NCBI GenBank assembly: GCA_050874685.1
Contig: JBNMLD010000003.1
Location: forward strand, 1 to 43,981
DNA: 43,981 nucleotides
Origin: Candidatus Onthoplasma sp.
GTDB lineage: Bacteria; Bacillota; Clostridia; Christensenellales; UBA1242
Direction: 5' to 3'
Below the pieces are notes generated by a model. The model had not been told where the DNA came from. It searched no databases and saw only the letters and a list, made by a program, of their open reading frames with translations. Positions 9,901 to 18,133 of this stretch are shown one piece after another. A program made the translations under genes and the position numbers. Position 1 is the first letter of the stretch; each line of letters opens with the position of its first letter.

Positions 9901-10759
9901 AATCACTGCTCTTTGGTGCAACAAAACCGTCTTTAACTTCAACAGTAAATGACTTTTTAGGTGGGTTGTTACCGAAAGCATAAGTATATTCAACTGTGAA
10001 TTTGCCTTCAGTTGTAGGATACAAATATGCCTTGCCGTCAACAACTTTGAATACATCACTTGAAGAAGCATCAAGTTCTGTGCCATAATCGTTGAATACT
10101 TTAACTGTAACTGATGGAGTTTCAATATAAGCACCAGTTTCAGCATTTTTAACACTTGCTGTAGGCAACAAAAGTCTAGCACTTTCTTCAGTTGATTTAG
10201 CAACTGTTTCAGGCAACAAAGTCTTCAAACCTTTATCTTCGCCTTCTGTTTGAAGTGCAAAATCAAGTGTGTAACTAACATTTTCAACTGTTACTGAATA
10301 AGTGTCTGAATACAAAAGTGTTGAGCCTTCTTCCATGATGTACAAAATGTCATATTTGCCATTGTTAAGTGCACTGATTGAAAGATATTCATCACCATTA
10401 TCTGTGATTTTTGAAAAATAATTTGCGTCAGCTTCGCTTGTTTCTTGCCCTTCTTCAGCACCAACTTTATAGTCATGTGAAGTAAAGCTTGGATCAATCA
10501 CACGGATTGTATATTTTGCTGTGTCTTGCCATGAGTTGCCTGTTTTAAGGAGAGGCACACGCAAAGATTGATTGCCTTCACTATCAACATAAGTTGAACG
10601 TGGCATTTTAACTGCTTTGATGGCCATATTGTAGTTTGATTCAGCCTTTTGAAGTGCTGCATAACTACTGATTGTAGGAGCAAAAGCAAACAAGAAACTT
10701 GCAACTGCAAATGCCATAAAGCATAAGATTACTTTAAAATACTTTTTTAATGATTTCAT
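6956..10759 (-). CDS. large membrane-anchored surface protein with repeated Ig-like beta-sandwich domains
   Basis: Sec signal peptide (SYA-A), repeated G.Y.V.YTATD..GN motifs, C-terminal TM helix and charged tail; TTGACA-17-TATAAT promoter at 10790-10818. Confidence 0.8.
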   Translation of the reverse strand: MKSLKKYFKVILCFMAFAVASFLFAFAPTISSYAALQKAESNYNMAIKAVKMPRSTYVDSEGNQSLRVPLLKTGNSWQDTAKYTIRVIDPSFTSHDYKVGAEEGQETSEADANYFSKITDNGDEYLSISALNNGKYDILYIMEEGSTLLYSDTYSVTVENVSYTLDFALQTEGEDKGLKTLLPETVAKSTEESARLLLPTASVKNAETGAYIETPSVTVKVFNDYGTELDASSSDVFKVVDGKAYLYPTTEGKFTVEYTYAFGNNPPKKSFTVEVKDGFVAPKSSDLTINIPTMPSVELGKKDITLPDVVVNNKDKDNVEHNVTKIVLSKGSISKTLTNNTFKFDMTKEFFGLDSYTAEMLGDWYVEYTIVDAYGNEKQIKVTIDGVKDNTKPEVFMAYDYDLDSNGMPVDASKIDTTVATEFKSQLGYNELYFPAIYATDAVTSYKDFIFVRYIQSSRTNTIYYIDNVMNKDGERYEITNADTDLSTQINVSGDENIGKQNKGVKFKFNVSDDEQAGMAGEYTLGYYVLAKDITKQDGYLYVSNTTMYTFNVLSTPTRGTTSTVEHNVEITNIKDNYSVASDGKFTVNINANETKRGDSTTNVDKRLKTAVFYYYNTTASATTLLADVQSAFNAAKTARGDVYYGSEHLIDSEAFVNAMKAQYNGFAYAEQKNKNNYDVKLENYDASYGKNAYVVAISIDDDGNIALANKKLVIKDMTDAGAPEYAVVNAHSFTTTDMTDLVVKQGTVVELPDVSFTDDDKTLSMNVSYYVNSPVNDVTGLDYKSPMAKNYKNNISGKSYIYGGKIKADQVGTYHVVYTATDDAGNTTFVYFTFDVTLASDPILKVSAAGDDIKSSGASTITGETGMQVNFDASLWSNDLSQNLTDEATTEIDFTIEDGGKAWRSGDDATSFIFEEQGDYTITFTAKYTASGVVYTAESQTFTVTVTRPELKWNETLNESDYSYAPKNSIVTLPDLSASQGKTKAKVELKVTFKGDAQDVTKKIVNGSTVWQFKTNATLTGDYKVEYTATTAYSTITKSLTIKVGDNVPPTISINHVDELSKDLVYDGKTNIEYTVNLVKTSTSTRERKLEIVITNGDTKKTYNTNLVLTDKNEAGEVKKINWDTLSVELMNGDTTMSATTSETYSKTYTISATGEYKLVIKATDSNSNTATKEVKFAVKTETKVEKNNDTVVGVVLIVLSLVVLAGVILFFALTGKGKGGSNKTKSNKQDKSTKSNEEKVEAVEETAIAEQSTEAETEAKSGDVE

Positions 10760-11024
10760 TATGTTCTCCTATATTAGTAAATCTAAAAAATTATATAAAA
10801 TATGGATAATTTTGTCAAACGAAAATATATGTGTTTTTTAAAGTTTACTGCAAATAGTTTAAGGACAAAATCTAAAAATAAACAAAGAAAAAAAACTAGT
10901 TATGTCGAATTTTCAACATAGCCAGATTTTTTTGTTTTGTTTGGCTTATTTTTATGCCAATTTTGCATTTTTAAGATTAAAATCTGCAGTGCGGTTTTTA
11001 ACTGGCTTCTTAACAATTTTTATG

Positions 11025-11092
11025 AAAAACAGACAAAATTAAAAAAAACTGGCTAAAAACAGACAAAATTAAAAAAAATTGGCTAAAAACAG
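11025..11092. repeat. 30-bp tandem direct repeat (2.3 copies) overlapping a terminator
   Basis: aaaaacagacaaaattaaaaaaaa(c/t)tggct at 11025-11054 and 11055-11084, plus a partial copy. Confidence 0.85.
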
Positions 11093-11098
11093 CCAATT

Positions 11099-11626
11099 CT
11101 ATAATCTTGCCAATTGTTGGCCAGCATATTCTTTTGTTATAAAATTAAACTCGTCACTGCTTGCCAAAAAGTATTGTTTTTCACGATGTTTGTTCAACAT
11201 ATTCAAAAAATCGCTATCCAAACGTTTGTACCTTTCAATGAGTACATCATTTAACTTTTCAAAATCAATGGTTTTTGCATTTGCAAGTTTTTTTGCAGTT
11301 GTCACTGCCCAATCGTTTGGGTCTTCACCATTTGGATTGTCAAAATTACAAAGAATGTTCATATTCTCTGGAGACACGACAAATTTGCAAATAACTTTTA
11401 TTTTTTCAAGTGTTGTGCGTGGCAATTCCTTAACAGCATTTGCATCCATGTAATAAAACTCATATAACCTATCTGTTTCGCCCAAAATTGCTTTGGCATG
11501 CAATGGACGTTTTAATATAACCCTATCGCCATACACTCCACGACCACGTTTATACTCCACTATCTCATAAAAATTGTTTATTAAGAAGTCGAGTTGTGCC
11601 CAATTTTGTATATTAACTTTTGTCAT
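11099..11626 (-). CDS. hypothetical protein
   Basis: 175-aa ORF with AGGA SD, 15 bp downstream of the hicB-like gene; hairpin terminator at 11071-11098. Confidence 0.7.
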   Translation of the reverse strand: MTKVNIQNWAQLDFLINNFYEIVEYKRGRGVYGDRVILKRPLHAKAILGETDRLYEFYYMDANAVKELPRTTLEKIKVICKFVVSPENMNILCNFDNPNGEDPNDWAVTTAKKLANAKTIDFEKLNDVLIERYKRLDSDFLNMLNKHREKQYFLASSDEFNFITKEYAGQQLARL

Positions 11627-11641
11627 AGGCTTATCCTAACC

Positions 11642-11911
11642 TTATGTTAATGCATCTATAAGCAATACTATATTTTTTTTGTTTGCTTTGTAGATTGTTT
11701 CAAAATCTGATGGAGATTCTAACTCACAATCAAATTTAACAGCACATTCAATTGTTGCACATAAATATTCTTTTGCTTTTATAAATGCGTCAACAACATT
11801 TTCGCCTTCTGTTACAATGCCCAAATCTGGGATTGAAACAGTGAACCAACCAGTGTTGGAACCTTTTTCATCATCTTTATATAAAATTGCTGGGTAAACT
11901 AAATCTTTCAT
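11642..11911 (-). CDS. HicB-like antitoxin domain protein (no DNA-binding domain)
   Basis: YPAI...F.V.IPDL...TEG.....A...A.E.L and PS motif typical of the HicB N-terminal domain. Confidence 0.8.
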   Translation of the reverse strand: MKDLVYPAILYKDDEKGSNTGWFTVSIPDLGIVTEGENVVDAFIKAKEYLCATIECAVKFDCELESPSDFETIYKANKKNIVLLIDALT

Positions 11912-12054
11912 ACCTTCCCCTTTGTTAAAATTATATCAAGGCATAACTATCAGCAAAAATTGCCAACAAAAAAGCCCCTTAAATTGAGATTATATAACAT
12001 GATAACACAAAATTTTTTTTAAGTAAAACAATTTTGCCACCAAATCTTGCAAGT

Positions 12055-13602
12055 TTATAATTTTGCTGTGTATGAGTAGTTATCATACGAATAGCCACTA
12101 TCAATATAGTAATTTTTGGTCATTTTTTGTGACATCAAATTGTTTAATTTATCTGTATAATTGTTTTTTTTGCCACTTGGAGCATACTCCCAAAGGTCAT
12201 AGCACATGGTTGGATGAGACGATTTTGTCGCTTTTGTAATCTTAATAGAAGAATTTGAATCAATTTGAGCAACACAGCCTGATATTTCAACAGTAGAGAT
12301 ACTTTCATAATTATAAGATCCGCAACTAAATCTGCCTACAATACCAGCAATGCATACATATCTACAAAGACTCTTCTCATTGTCAACCACATTCAGTTTG
12401 GTTTTTGCAATACAGTTTTTGATTGTTACAGTTGGTATAAAGCGAGCAATTGAAATTTGATAATTTCCTGAATATGTCCATGTTTCAAGGACTTGAATCT
12501 CACCAACAATCCCACCAGCGCATGAGCTAATACCATTTGTCCCTGTCACTTGCACACTTGTGTCAGATACATCAATGTCATTAATTAGAACACCTGTTTC
12601 TTCATTTCCTTTACGGCAAACAACACCAATCAATCCACCTGCTGAACTTCCTCGGTCATGAGGTTCATAATTATTACTTTCATAAGGTTGCGTATTGGAG
12701 TTTGTTATATTGCAATTAGTTAATTTAATATTAAATATTTCTGTTTTCCCAGATATAGAGCCGGCTAAACTCCCAATTTTTTTAATACCTTCACTTTTTG
12801 GATAATGTTCTTTTGTGGTGCTTGTGATTTTAATATTGTTTAACCAAAGATTGCTTATCTTGGCATTTCCACACACATCGCCAAACAGTCCAAGTGATCT
12901 ATACACATCATGCTTTGTGTACATATTACCCAACGGCACAGTGCAAGCGACTTGCTCTGTCATTTTTAAATTTTCTATTTTATGTCCATTCCCGTTAAAT
13001 GTCCCATTGAATGTTTTACGCTCCAATCCAGAGATACTTGCTCCGCCAGATGTTGCTTTAAATTTTGGAATAATTGTTGAACCGATTGGTTCCCAGTTGT
13101 CCACAGATGATAAATCTATATCGACTGTTAAGTTGACTGTAGTTCCTGCATAACTATCTCCAGCATTCACTCTATCCCTAAACACTTCCAACGCATTTTT
13201 TGAATCAATTGTAGTAGTGCCTGATGTTGTTGTATATAAATCATTATCTGATTGCTTTAAAACTTTATTGATTGCTGAAAAATAATATGTTTTATCTTCT
13301 GCTGAAAATTCGAACATAACATTTTGTTGTGTTACTTTCACAAGCGGAGTCAAATCAATTTGCTGATTGTAAGTTGTTATTTTTACCTTATTTGATAATT
13401 TCTCTGCCGTATTATCATTTAATGTTACATTGTCAACTATTTCAACTTTTACACGTCCCAATGGTGTGTTTACAAATTGGACGTTACTCCCATTGACATA
13501 AAAGACCAAACCAAAGCCGATTAACAAAATCAAAATAGTACAAAAAAATAGTAAGAAACTACTTACCAGCCTTTTTAAATCCCCCTCTCTTAACTTTGTC
13601 AT
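12055..13602 (-). CDS. N-terminally anchored GLUG-motif/beta-solenoid surface protein
   Basis: N-terminal TM; LTVDIDL, WEPIG, FNGTFNGNGHKIENL, GLFG and GG[LI][IV]G repeats. Confidence 0.75.
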   Translation of the reverse strand: MTKLREGDLKRLVSSFLLFFCTILILLIGFGLVFYVNGSNVQFVNTPLGRVKVEIVDNVTLNDNTAEKLSNKVKITTYNQQIDLTPLVKVTQQNVMFEFSAEDKTYYFSAINKVLKQSDNDLYTTTSGTTTIDSKNALEVFRDRVNAGDSYAGTTVNLTVDIDLSSVDNWEPIGSTIIPKFKATSGGASISGLERKTFNGTFNGNGHKIENLKMTEQVACTVPLGNMYTKHDVYRSLGLFGDVCGNAKISNLWLNNIKITSTTKEHYPKSEGIKKIGSLAGSISGKTEIFNIKLTNCNITNSNTQPYESNNYEPHDRGSSAGGLIGVVCRKGNEETGVLINDIDVSDTSVQVTGTNGISSCAGGIVGEIQVLETWTYSGNYQISIARFIPTVTIKNCIAKTKLNVVDNEKSLCRYVCIAGIVGRFSCGSYNYESISTVEISGCVAQIDSNSSIKITKATKSSHPTMCYDLWEYAPSGKKNNYTDKLNNLMSQKMTKNYYIDSGYSYDNYSYTAKL

Positions 13603-13612
13603 ATTCTATATG

Positions 13613-13641
13613 ATTATAACTTTTTAATATCTTGTTGTCAA
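13613..13641 (-). promoter_or_regulatory. consensus sigmaA promoter
   Basis: TTGACA-17-TATAAT ending 10 nt before the ATG at 13602. Confidence 0.8.
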
Positions 13642-13707
13642 AGAAAAAGTTAAGTCAGCACAAATTACAAATGCTAGTTTTGATATGCAATAAAAAAACC
13701 GCTGTGG

Positions 13708-13956
13708 TTAAGCGGTTATTGTATCTTCATTCGCTTGAATGATATAATTTTTATATGACTCATCTTTAATCATTTTGTTAATAAGTGCGTTTGTTTCACC
13801 TTTGAATTGTTTTGGACCTTCAACCATTTTTTTTGGTGTAAGTGGGCGTTTTGCTGCTAAAAATTGTTTCTTATTTTTCATAACTTCCCTACGAATCAAT
13901 TTGTAACTATCTTTATACTCTTCTCTACCTGCTAGGATTGTTTCTCTGTTATTCAT
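13708..13956 (-). CDS. hypothetical basic protein
   Basis: 82-aa ORF with strong AAAGGAGG SD. Confidence 0.65.
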   Translation of the reverse strand: MNNRETILAGREEYKDSYKLIRREVMKNKKQFLAAKRPLTPKKMVEGPKQFKGETNALINKMIKDESYKNYIIQANEDTITA

Positions 13957-14213
13957 ATAACGCCTCCTTTATTTAATGACCATATAATAGCACAATTTTT
14001 TTAGTTTGTAAATAGTTTTTGTTAAAATTTTTTAATATTTTTTAACAACGTCTAGTTGCCTATATTATAGTATTTTATCGGGGTTTTGTATTGATTTTTT
14101 AGATAATTTTTTATTTGATTTTATTTTTTATAAATTGCAAACAATCATTAATATAAAATCTCATAATTGAATTAAATAAACTTATAATATTTTTACACTA
14201 ATCTCAATAATAC

Positions 14214-14372
14214 AAAAAAGGCAACCCTTTCGAGTTACCTTTTGCATGAAATTTCTATATTTTATTCTTCGTCATCAATGTCGTCAAAATTAATGAAAAA
14301 GGTAACCCATTACAAGTTACCTTTTGCGTGAAATTTTTAAGTTTTATTCTTCATCGTCAATGTCATCAAATT
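14214..14372 (-). repeat. tandem duplication (82-bp period) of the rpoC 3' end plus terminator
   Basis: both copies encode FDDIDDEE* (stops at 14344 and 14262), each followed by an aaaaggYaac..gttacctttt hairpin. Confidence 0.9.
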
Positions 14373-17300
14373 TCATATTAACATTGTCATTTGTGAAGTT
14401 AAGGCTATCTTCTTTAACTTGCTTTGGAAGAACATTGCGGTATGCTGGAGCACCAGTACCTGCTGGAATCATCTTACCGATGATAATGTTTTCTTTCAAA
14501 CCTTGCAAGTGGTCAACCTTACCTTTCAAAGCAGCTTCTGTCAACACGTTGCTTGATTCTTGGAAGGAAGCAGCAGACAAGAAACTTTCAGTTGTTAAAC
14601 TTGCTTTTGTGATACCTTGAAGTTCACGTTTAGCTGTTGCTGGAACACCACCTTCAGCCAAAGCTTTTTGGTTGGCTTGTTCATAAACACGAATATCAAC
14701 TGTATCGCCTGGCAACAAATCTGTGTCGCCTGCATTTTCAATTTTAACTTTACGAAGCATTTGACGAATGATAATTTCCAAGTGTTTTGCATTGATTGCA
14801 ACAGATTGTGATTTATACACTTCGAGAACTTCGTTAAGCAAATATTCTTGAACGGCTTTAACACCACGAGTACGAAGCACATCTTTAGGGTTCAATGGAC
14901 CTTCTGTAAGTGCTGTACCTGGAGTGATAACTTCGCCTTGTTTAACTTTGATTGTTGAGCCGAATGGAAGAATGTAACTTTCTTCTGTTTGACCTTTTAC
15001 AACAACTTCAAAACGTTTGTCTATTTGATTGATGCTAACTTTACCACCAATATCGCTGATAACAGCAGCACCTTTAGGGTTACGTGCTTCGAAAATTTCT
15101 TCAACACGAGGCAAACCGGAGGTAATATCGTTAGATGCAGTACCACCGCTGTGGAAGGTACGAAGCACCAATTGTGTACCAGGTTCACCAATTGATTGAG
15201 CAGCGATAACACCAACTGCTTCACCAATATGAACAAGGTCATTTGTTGACATGTCACGTCCGTAACATTTTGCACAAACACCTGTTTTTGCTTTACATGT
15301 AAGCAAGCTACGAATATTAACTTTTTCAACACCTGCATTGACAATAACTTTTGCAAGTTCATCGCTGATGTAGCAATCTGCACCAACAATTTCTTTCTTG
15401 GTTTTAGGGTCAATAACTGGTTGTGCTGTGTAACGACCAACGATACGTGCTTCCAATGTTTCAACAACTGTGCCGTTTTGTGTGATTTCTGTAACGTCAA
15501 TACCTTTAACTGGTTCACCAAGATTTGCAAAGCAATCTTCTTCAGTTATAGTTGTATCTTGAGCGATATCAACCAGACGACGTGTCAAGTAACCTGAATC
15601 GGCTGTTTTAAGCGCTGTATCCATCAATTGTTTACGGCTACCACGGGCTGCCATGTAATATTCAAGTGGGTTCAAACCACGGCGGAAGTTTGATTTAACT
15701 GGCACGTCACTAACTGCACCAGATGCAACCGCTGTGTTACCGATAACACCGCAAAGTTGTTTCAAACTGTCTTCGCCACCACGGGCTTTTGATGTAATGA
15801 TAACTTTGATTGAATTGAATTTATCCAAATGTCCAGATGTTACTTTAATTACATCATTAACGGCTTTATCCCAAACTGCCATGTTTCTATTGTATTTGTC
15901 AGCATAACTCATCAAACCTTGCATATACATTGCATCATTTGCATGAACAATTTTATCTGCTTCATCAATGATTTGTTGACGTTCTTCTGCTTCTTGCATA
16001 TCGAAAATTGAAAGTGAAACACTTGATAATGTGCTATATTTATAACCCATATTCTTGATATCGTCAATCATGGTTACAGTTGTGTTTGTGCCATGTTTAC
16101 GATAACATGTTTCAATCAATTTGCCATAAGTACCTTTTTTAACATCGTCTTCAATTTCAAGACGGAGTGCATTTTCTTTTGTATCTCTTGGAACAAATCC
16201 AAGGTCTTGTGGAATAATGCTATTGAAAATAACTTTACCAAGAGTTGTTTCAATACGTCCAGTTACCTTTTCGCCATTGAAATCAACAGTACGGCGCAAA
16301 TTAATTTTTGCTTGAAGGCTTAATTTGCCATTTTCATGAGCAAGTTGTGCTTCGTCTGCACTGGCAAAAGTCATACCCTCGCCCAATGCGCCATCACGCA
16401 CAACTGTAAGATAATAGTTACCCAAAATCATATCTTGGCTTGGCACCATGTTTGGGCTACCATCACTTGGTTTAAGCACGTTGTTAGAAGCCAACAACAA
16501 CATACGTGCTTCAGTCCTTGCTTCCACAGAAAGTGGAACGTGCATACTCATTTGGTCACCATCGAAGTCGGCATTAAAGCCACCGCACGCCAAAGGTGGG
16601 AGACGGATTGCTTTGCCTTCTACAAGGATAGGTTCAAATGCTTGCACTGAAAGTTTGTGAAGAGTTGGCGCACGGTTCAAAAGAACTGGGTGACCTTCAA
16701 CAACTTCTTGCAAAATATCGTAAACGATTGGACGTTCTTGTTCAATCATACGAGTTGCTTTTTTAAGGTTGTTTGTTGCGTTCATTTCCAACAAACGTTT
16801 AATAATAAATGGACGGAACAATTCAAGTGCCATCATTTTTGGCAAACCACATTGATAAATTTTAAGTTCTGGGCCGACAACAATAACTGAACGACCAGAA
16901 TAGTCAACACGTTTACCAAGCAAGTTTTGACGGAAACGACCATGTTTACCCTTCAAACTTGCTGTCAATGATTTCAAATCTCTTTGACGGCTACCTTGAA
17001 CAGCTCTACCACGTTTACCGTTATCAAACAAAGCATCAACAGCTTCTTGTAACATACGTTTTTCGTTACGAACGATGATTTCAGGCGCACCAAGTTCAAT
17101 CAACTTTTTAAGCCTGTTGTTACGGTTGATAACACGGCGATACAAATCGTTCAAGTCACTTGCAGCAAATTTGCCACCATCAATTTGAACCAAAGGACGC
17201 AAATCTGGTGGAATAACTGGAATTACATCAAGAATCATCCAACTTGGCTTGTTGCCAGATTTGATGAATGCTTCAATAACTTCCAATTTCTTTGTTGCTT

Positions 17301-17916
17301 TAAGTTTACGTTGACCTTTTGTTGTGTGCATGATTTCAGTAAGTTCATCACGTTCCTTTTCAAGGTCAATATTATTCAATAATTCTTTAATTGCTTCTGC
17401 ACCCATACCAGCACGGAAACCATTAGGACCATATTTTTCAACAGCTTCACGATATTCTTTATCACGAATAACTTGTTTGTAAGCAAACTCTGTGTTTTTA
17501 GGATCAAGCACAACATAACTTACATAATACAAAACTTCGTCCAAAAGTTTTGGGCTCATATCAAGTGTGATACCGATACGGCTTGGCACACCTTTAAAGA
17601 ACCAAATATGGCTAACTGGACAAGCAAGTTCAATGTGACCCATACGTTCACGACGAACTTTACTTCTTGTTACTTCAACACCGCATTTGTCGCATACAAC
17701 GCCTTTATAGCGCACACGTTTATATTTACCGCAATGACATTCCCAGTCCTTTTTAGGTCCAAAAATGCGTTCGCAGAAAAGACCGTCTTTTTCCGGCTTT
17801 TGTGTACGATAATTGATAGTTTCAGGCTTTGTAACTTCGCCACGAGACCAAGACCTTATCATCTCTGGTGAGGCGATTGCTACTCTGATTGAGTCGAAAT
17901 TGTTTAATTCAAACAT
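14344..17916 (-). CDS. rpoC: DNA-directed RNA polymerase beta' subunit
   Basis: [22 protein letters not shown], zinc-finger motifs, SIGEPGTQL. Confidence 0.99.
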   Translation of the reverse strand: MFELNNFDSIRVAIASPEMIRSWSRGEVTKPETINYRTQKPEKDGLFCERIFGPKKDWECHCGKYKRVRYKGVVCDKCGVEVTRSKVRRERMGHIELACPVSHIWFFKGVPSRIGITLDMSPKLLDEVLYYVSYVVLDPKNTEFAYKQVIRDKEYREAVEKYGPNGFRAGMGAEAIKELLNNIDLEKERDELTEIMHTTKGQRKLKATKKLEVIEAFIKSGNKPSWMILDVIPVIPPDLRPLVQIDGGKFAASDLNDLYRRVINRNNRLKKLIELGAPEIIVRNEKRMLQEAVDALFDNGKRGRAVQGSRQRDLKSLTASLKGKHGRFRQNLLGKRVDYSGRSVIVVGPELKIYQCGLPKMMALELFRPFIIKRLLEMNATNNLKKATRMIEQERPIVYDILQEVVEGHPVLLNRAPTLHKLSVQAFEPILVEGKAIRLPPLACGGFNADFDGDQMSMHVPLSVEARTEARMLLLASNNVLKPSDGSPNMVPSQDMILGNYYLTVVRDGALGEGMTFASADEAQLAHENGKLSLQAKINLRRTVDFNGEKVTGRIETTLGKVIFNSIIPQDLGFVPRDTKENALRLEIEDDVKKGTYGKLIETCYRKHGTNTTVTMIDDIKNMGYKYSTLSSVSLSIFDMQEAEERQQIIDEADKIVHANDAMYMQGLMSYADKYNRNMAVWDKAVNDVIKVTSGHLDKFNSIKVIITSKARGGEDSLKQLCGVIGNTAVASGAVSDVPVKSNFRRGLNPLEYYMAARGSRKQLMDTALKTADSGYLTRRLVDIAQDTTITEEDCFANLGEPVKGIDVTEITQNGTVVETLEARIVGRYTAQPVIDPKTKKEIVGADCYISDELAKVIVNAGVEKVNIRSLLTCKAKTGVCAKCYGRDMSTNDLVHIGEAVGVIAAQSIGEPGTQLVLRTFHSGGTASNDITSGLPRVEEIFEARNPKGAAVISDIGGKVSINQIDKRFEVVVKGQTEESYILPFGSTIKVKQGEVITPGTALTEGPLNPKDVLRTRGVKAVQEYLLNEVLEVYKSQSVAINAKHLEIIIRQMLRKVKIENAGDTDLLPGDTVDIRVYEQANQKALAEGGVPATAKRELQGITKASLTTESFLSAASFQESSNVLTEAALKGKVDHLQGLKENIIIGKMIPAGTGAPAYRNVLPKQVKEDSLNFTNDNVNMKFDDIDDEE

Positions 17917-18015
17917 TTATCTTTTCTCCTACTATAATTTAATGGTGAAGTTGTTCAGCACAAAGCCAAACAACTTTGCCATCTTCAAATCTTTTTATCT
18001 AAATTGTTTTTGCTT

Positions 18016-18133
18016 TTGACTATTCGTCAAGGTCGTCAAACAGCTCTTCGACAGTATTTTATCTTTCTATAAAATGCTGGACTCGCTTCATTTTTTGACT
18101 TCTTGACTACTCGTCAAGGTCGTCAAACAATTC
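18016..18133 (-). repeat. duplicated rpoB 3' end (87-bp offset)
   Basis: ELFDDLDE-TAG-tcaa at 18103-18133 and again at 18016-18046. Confidence 0.88.

Noticed and set aside
11025-11092. 30-bp repeats as a CRISPR array
   Set aside because: The units are contiguous with no spacers, and no cas genes are present.
18020-18109. Stop-codon readthrough of rpoB into the in-frame duplicated ELFDDLDE
   Set aside because: A second in-frame stop (TAA, 18059-18061) lies before the copy.
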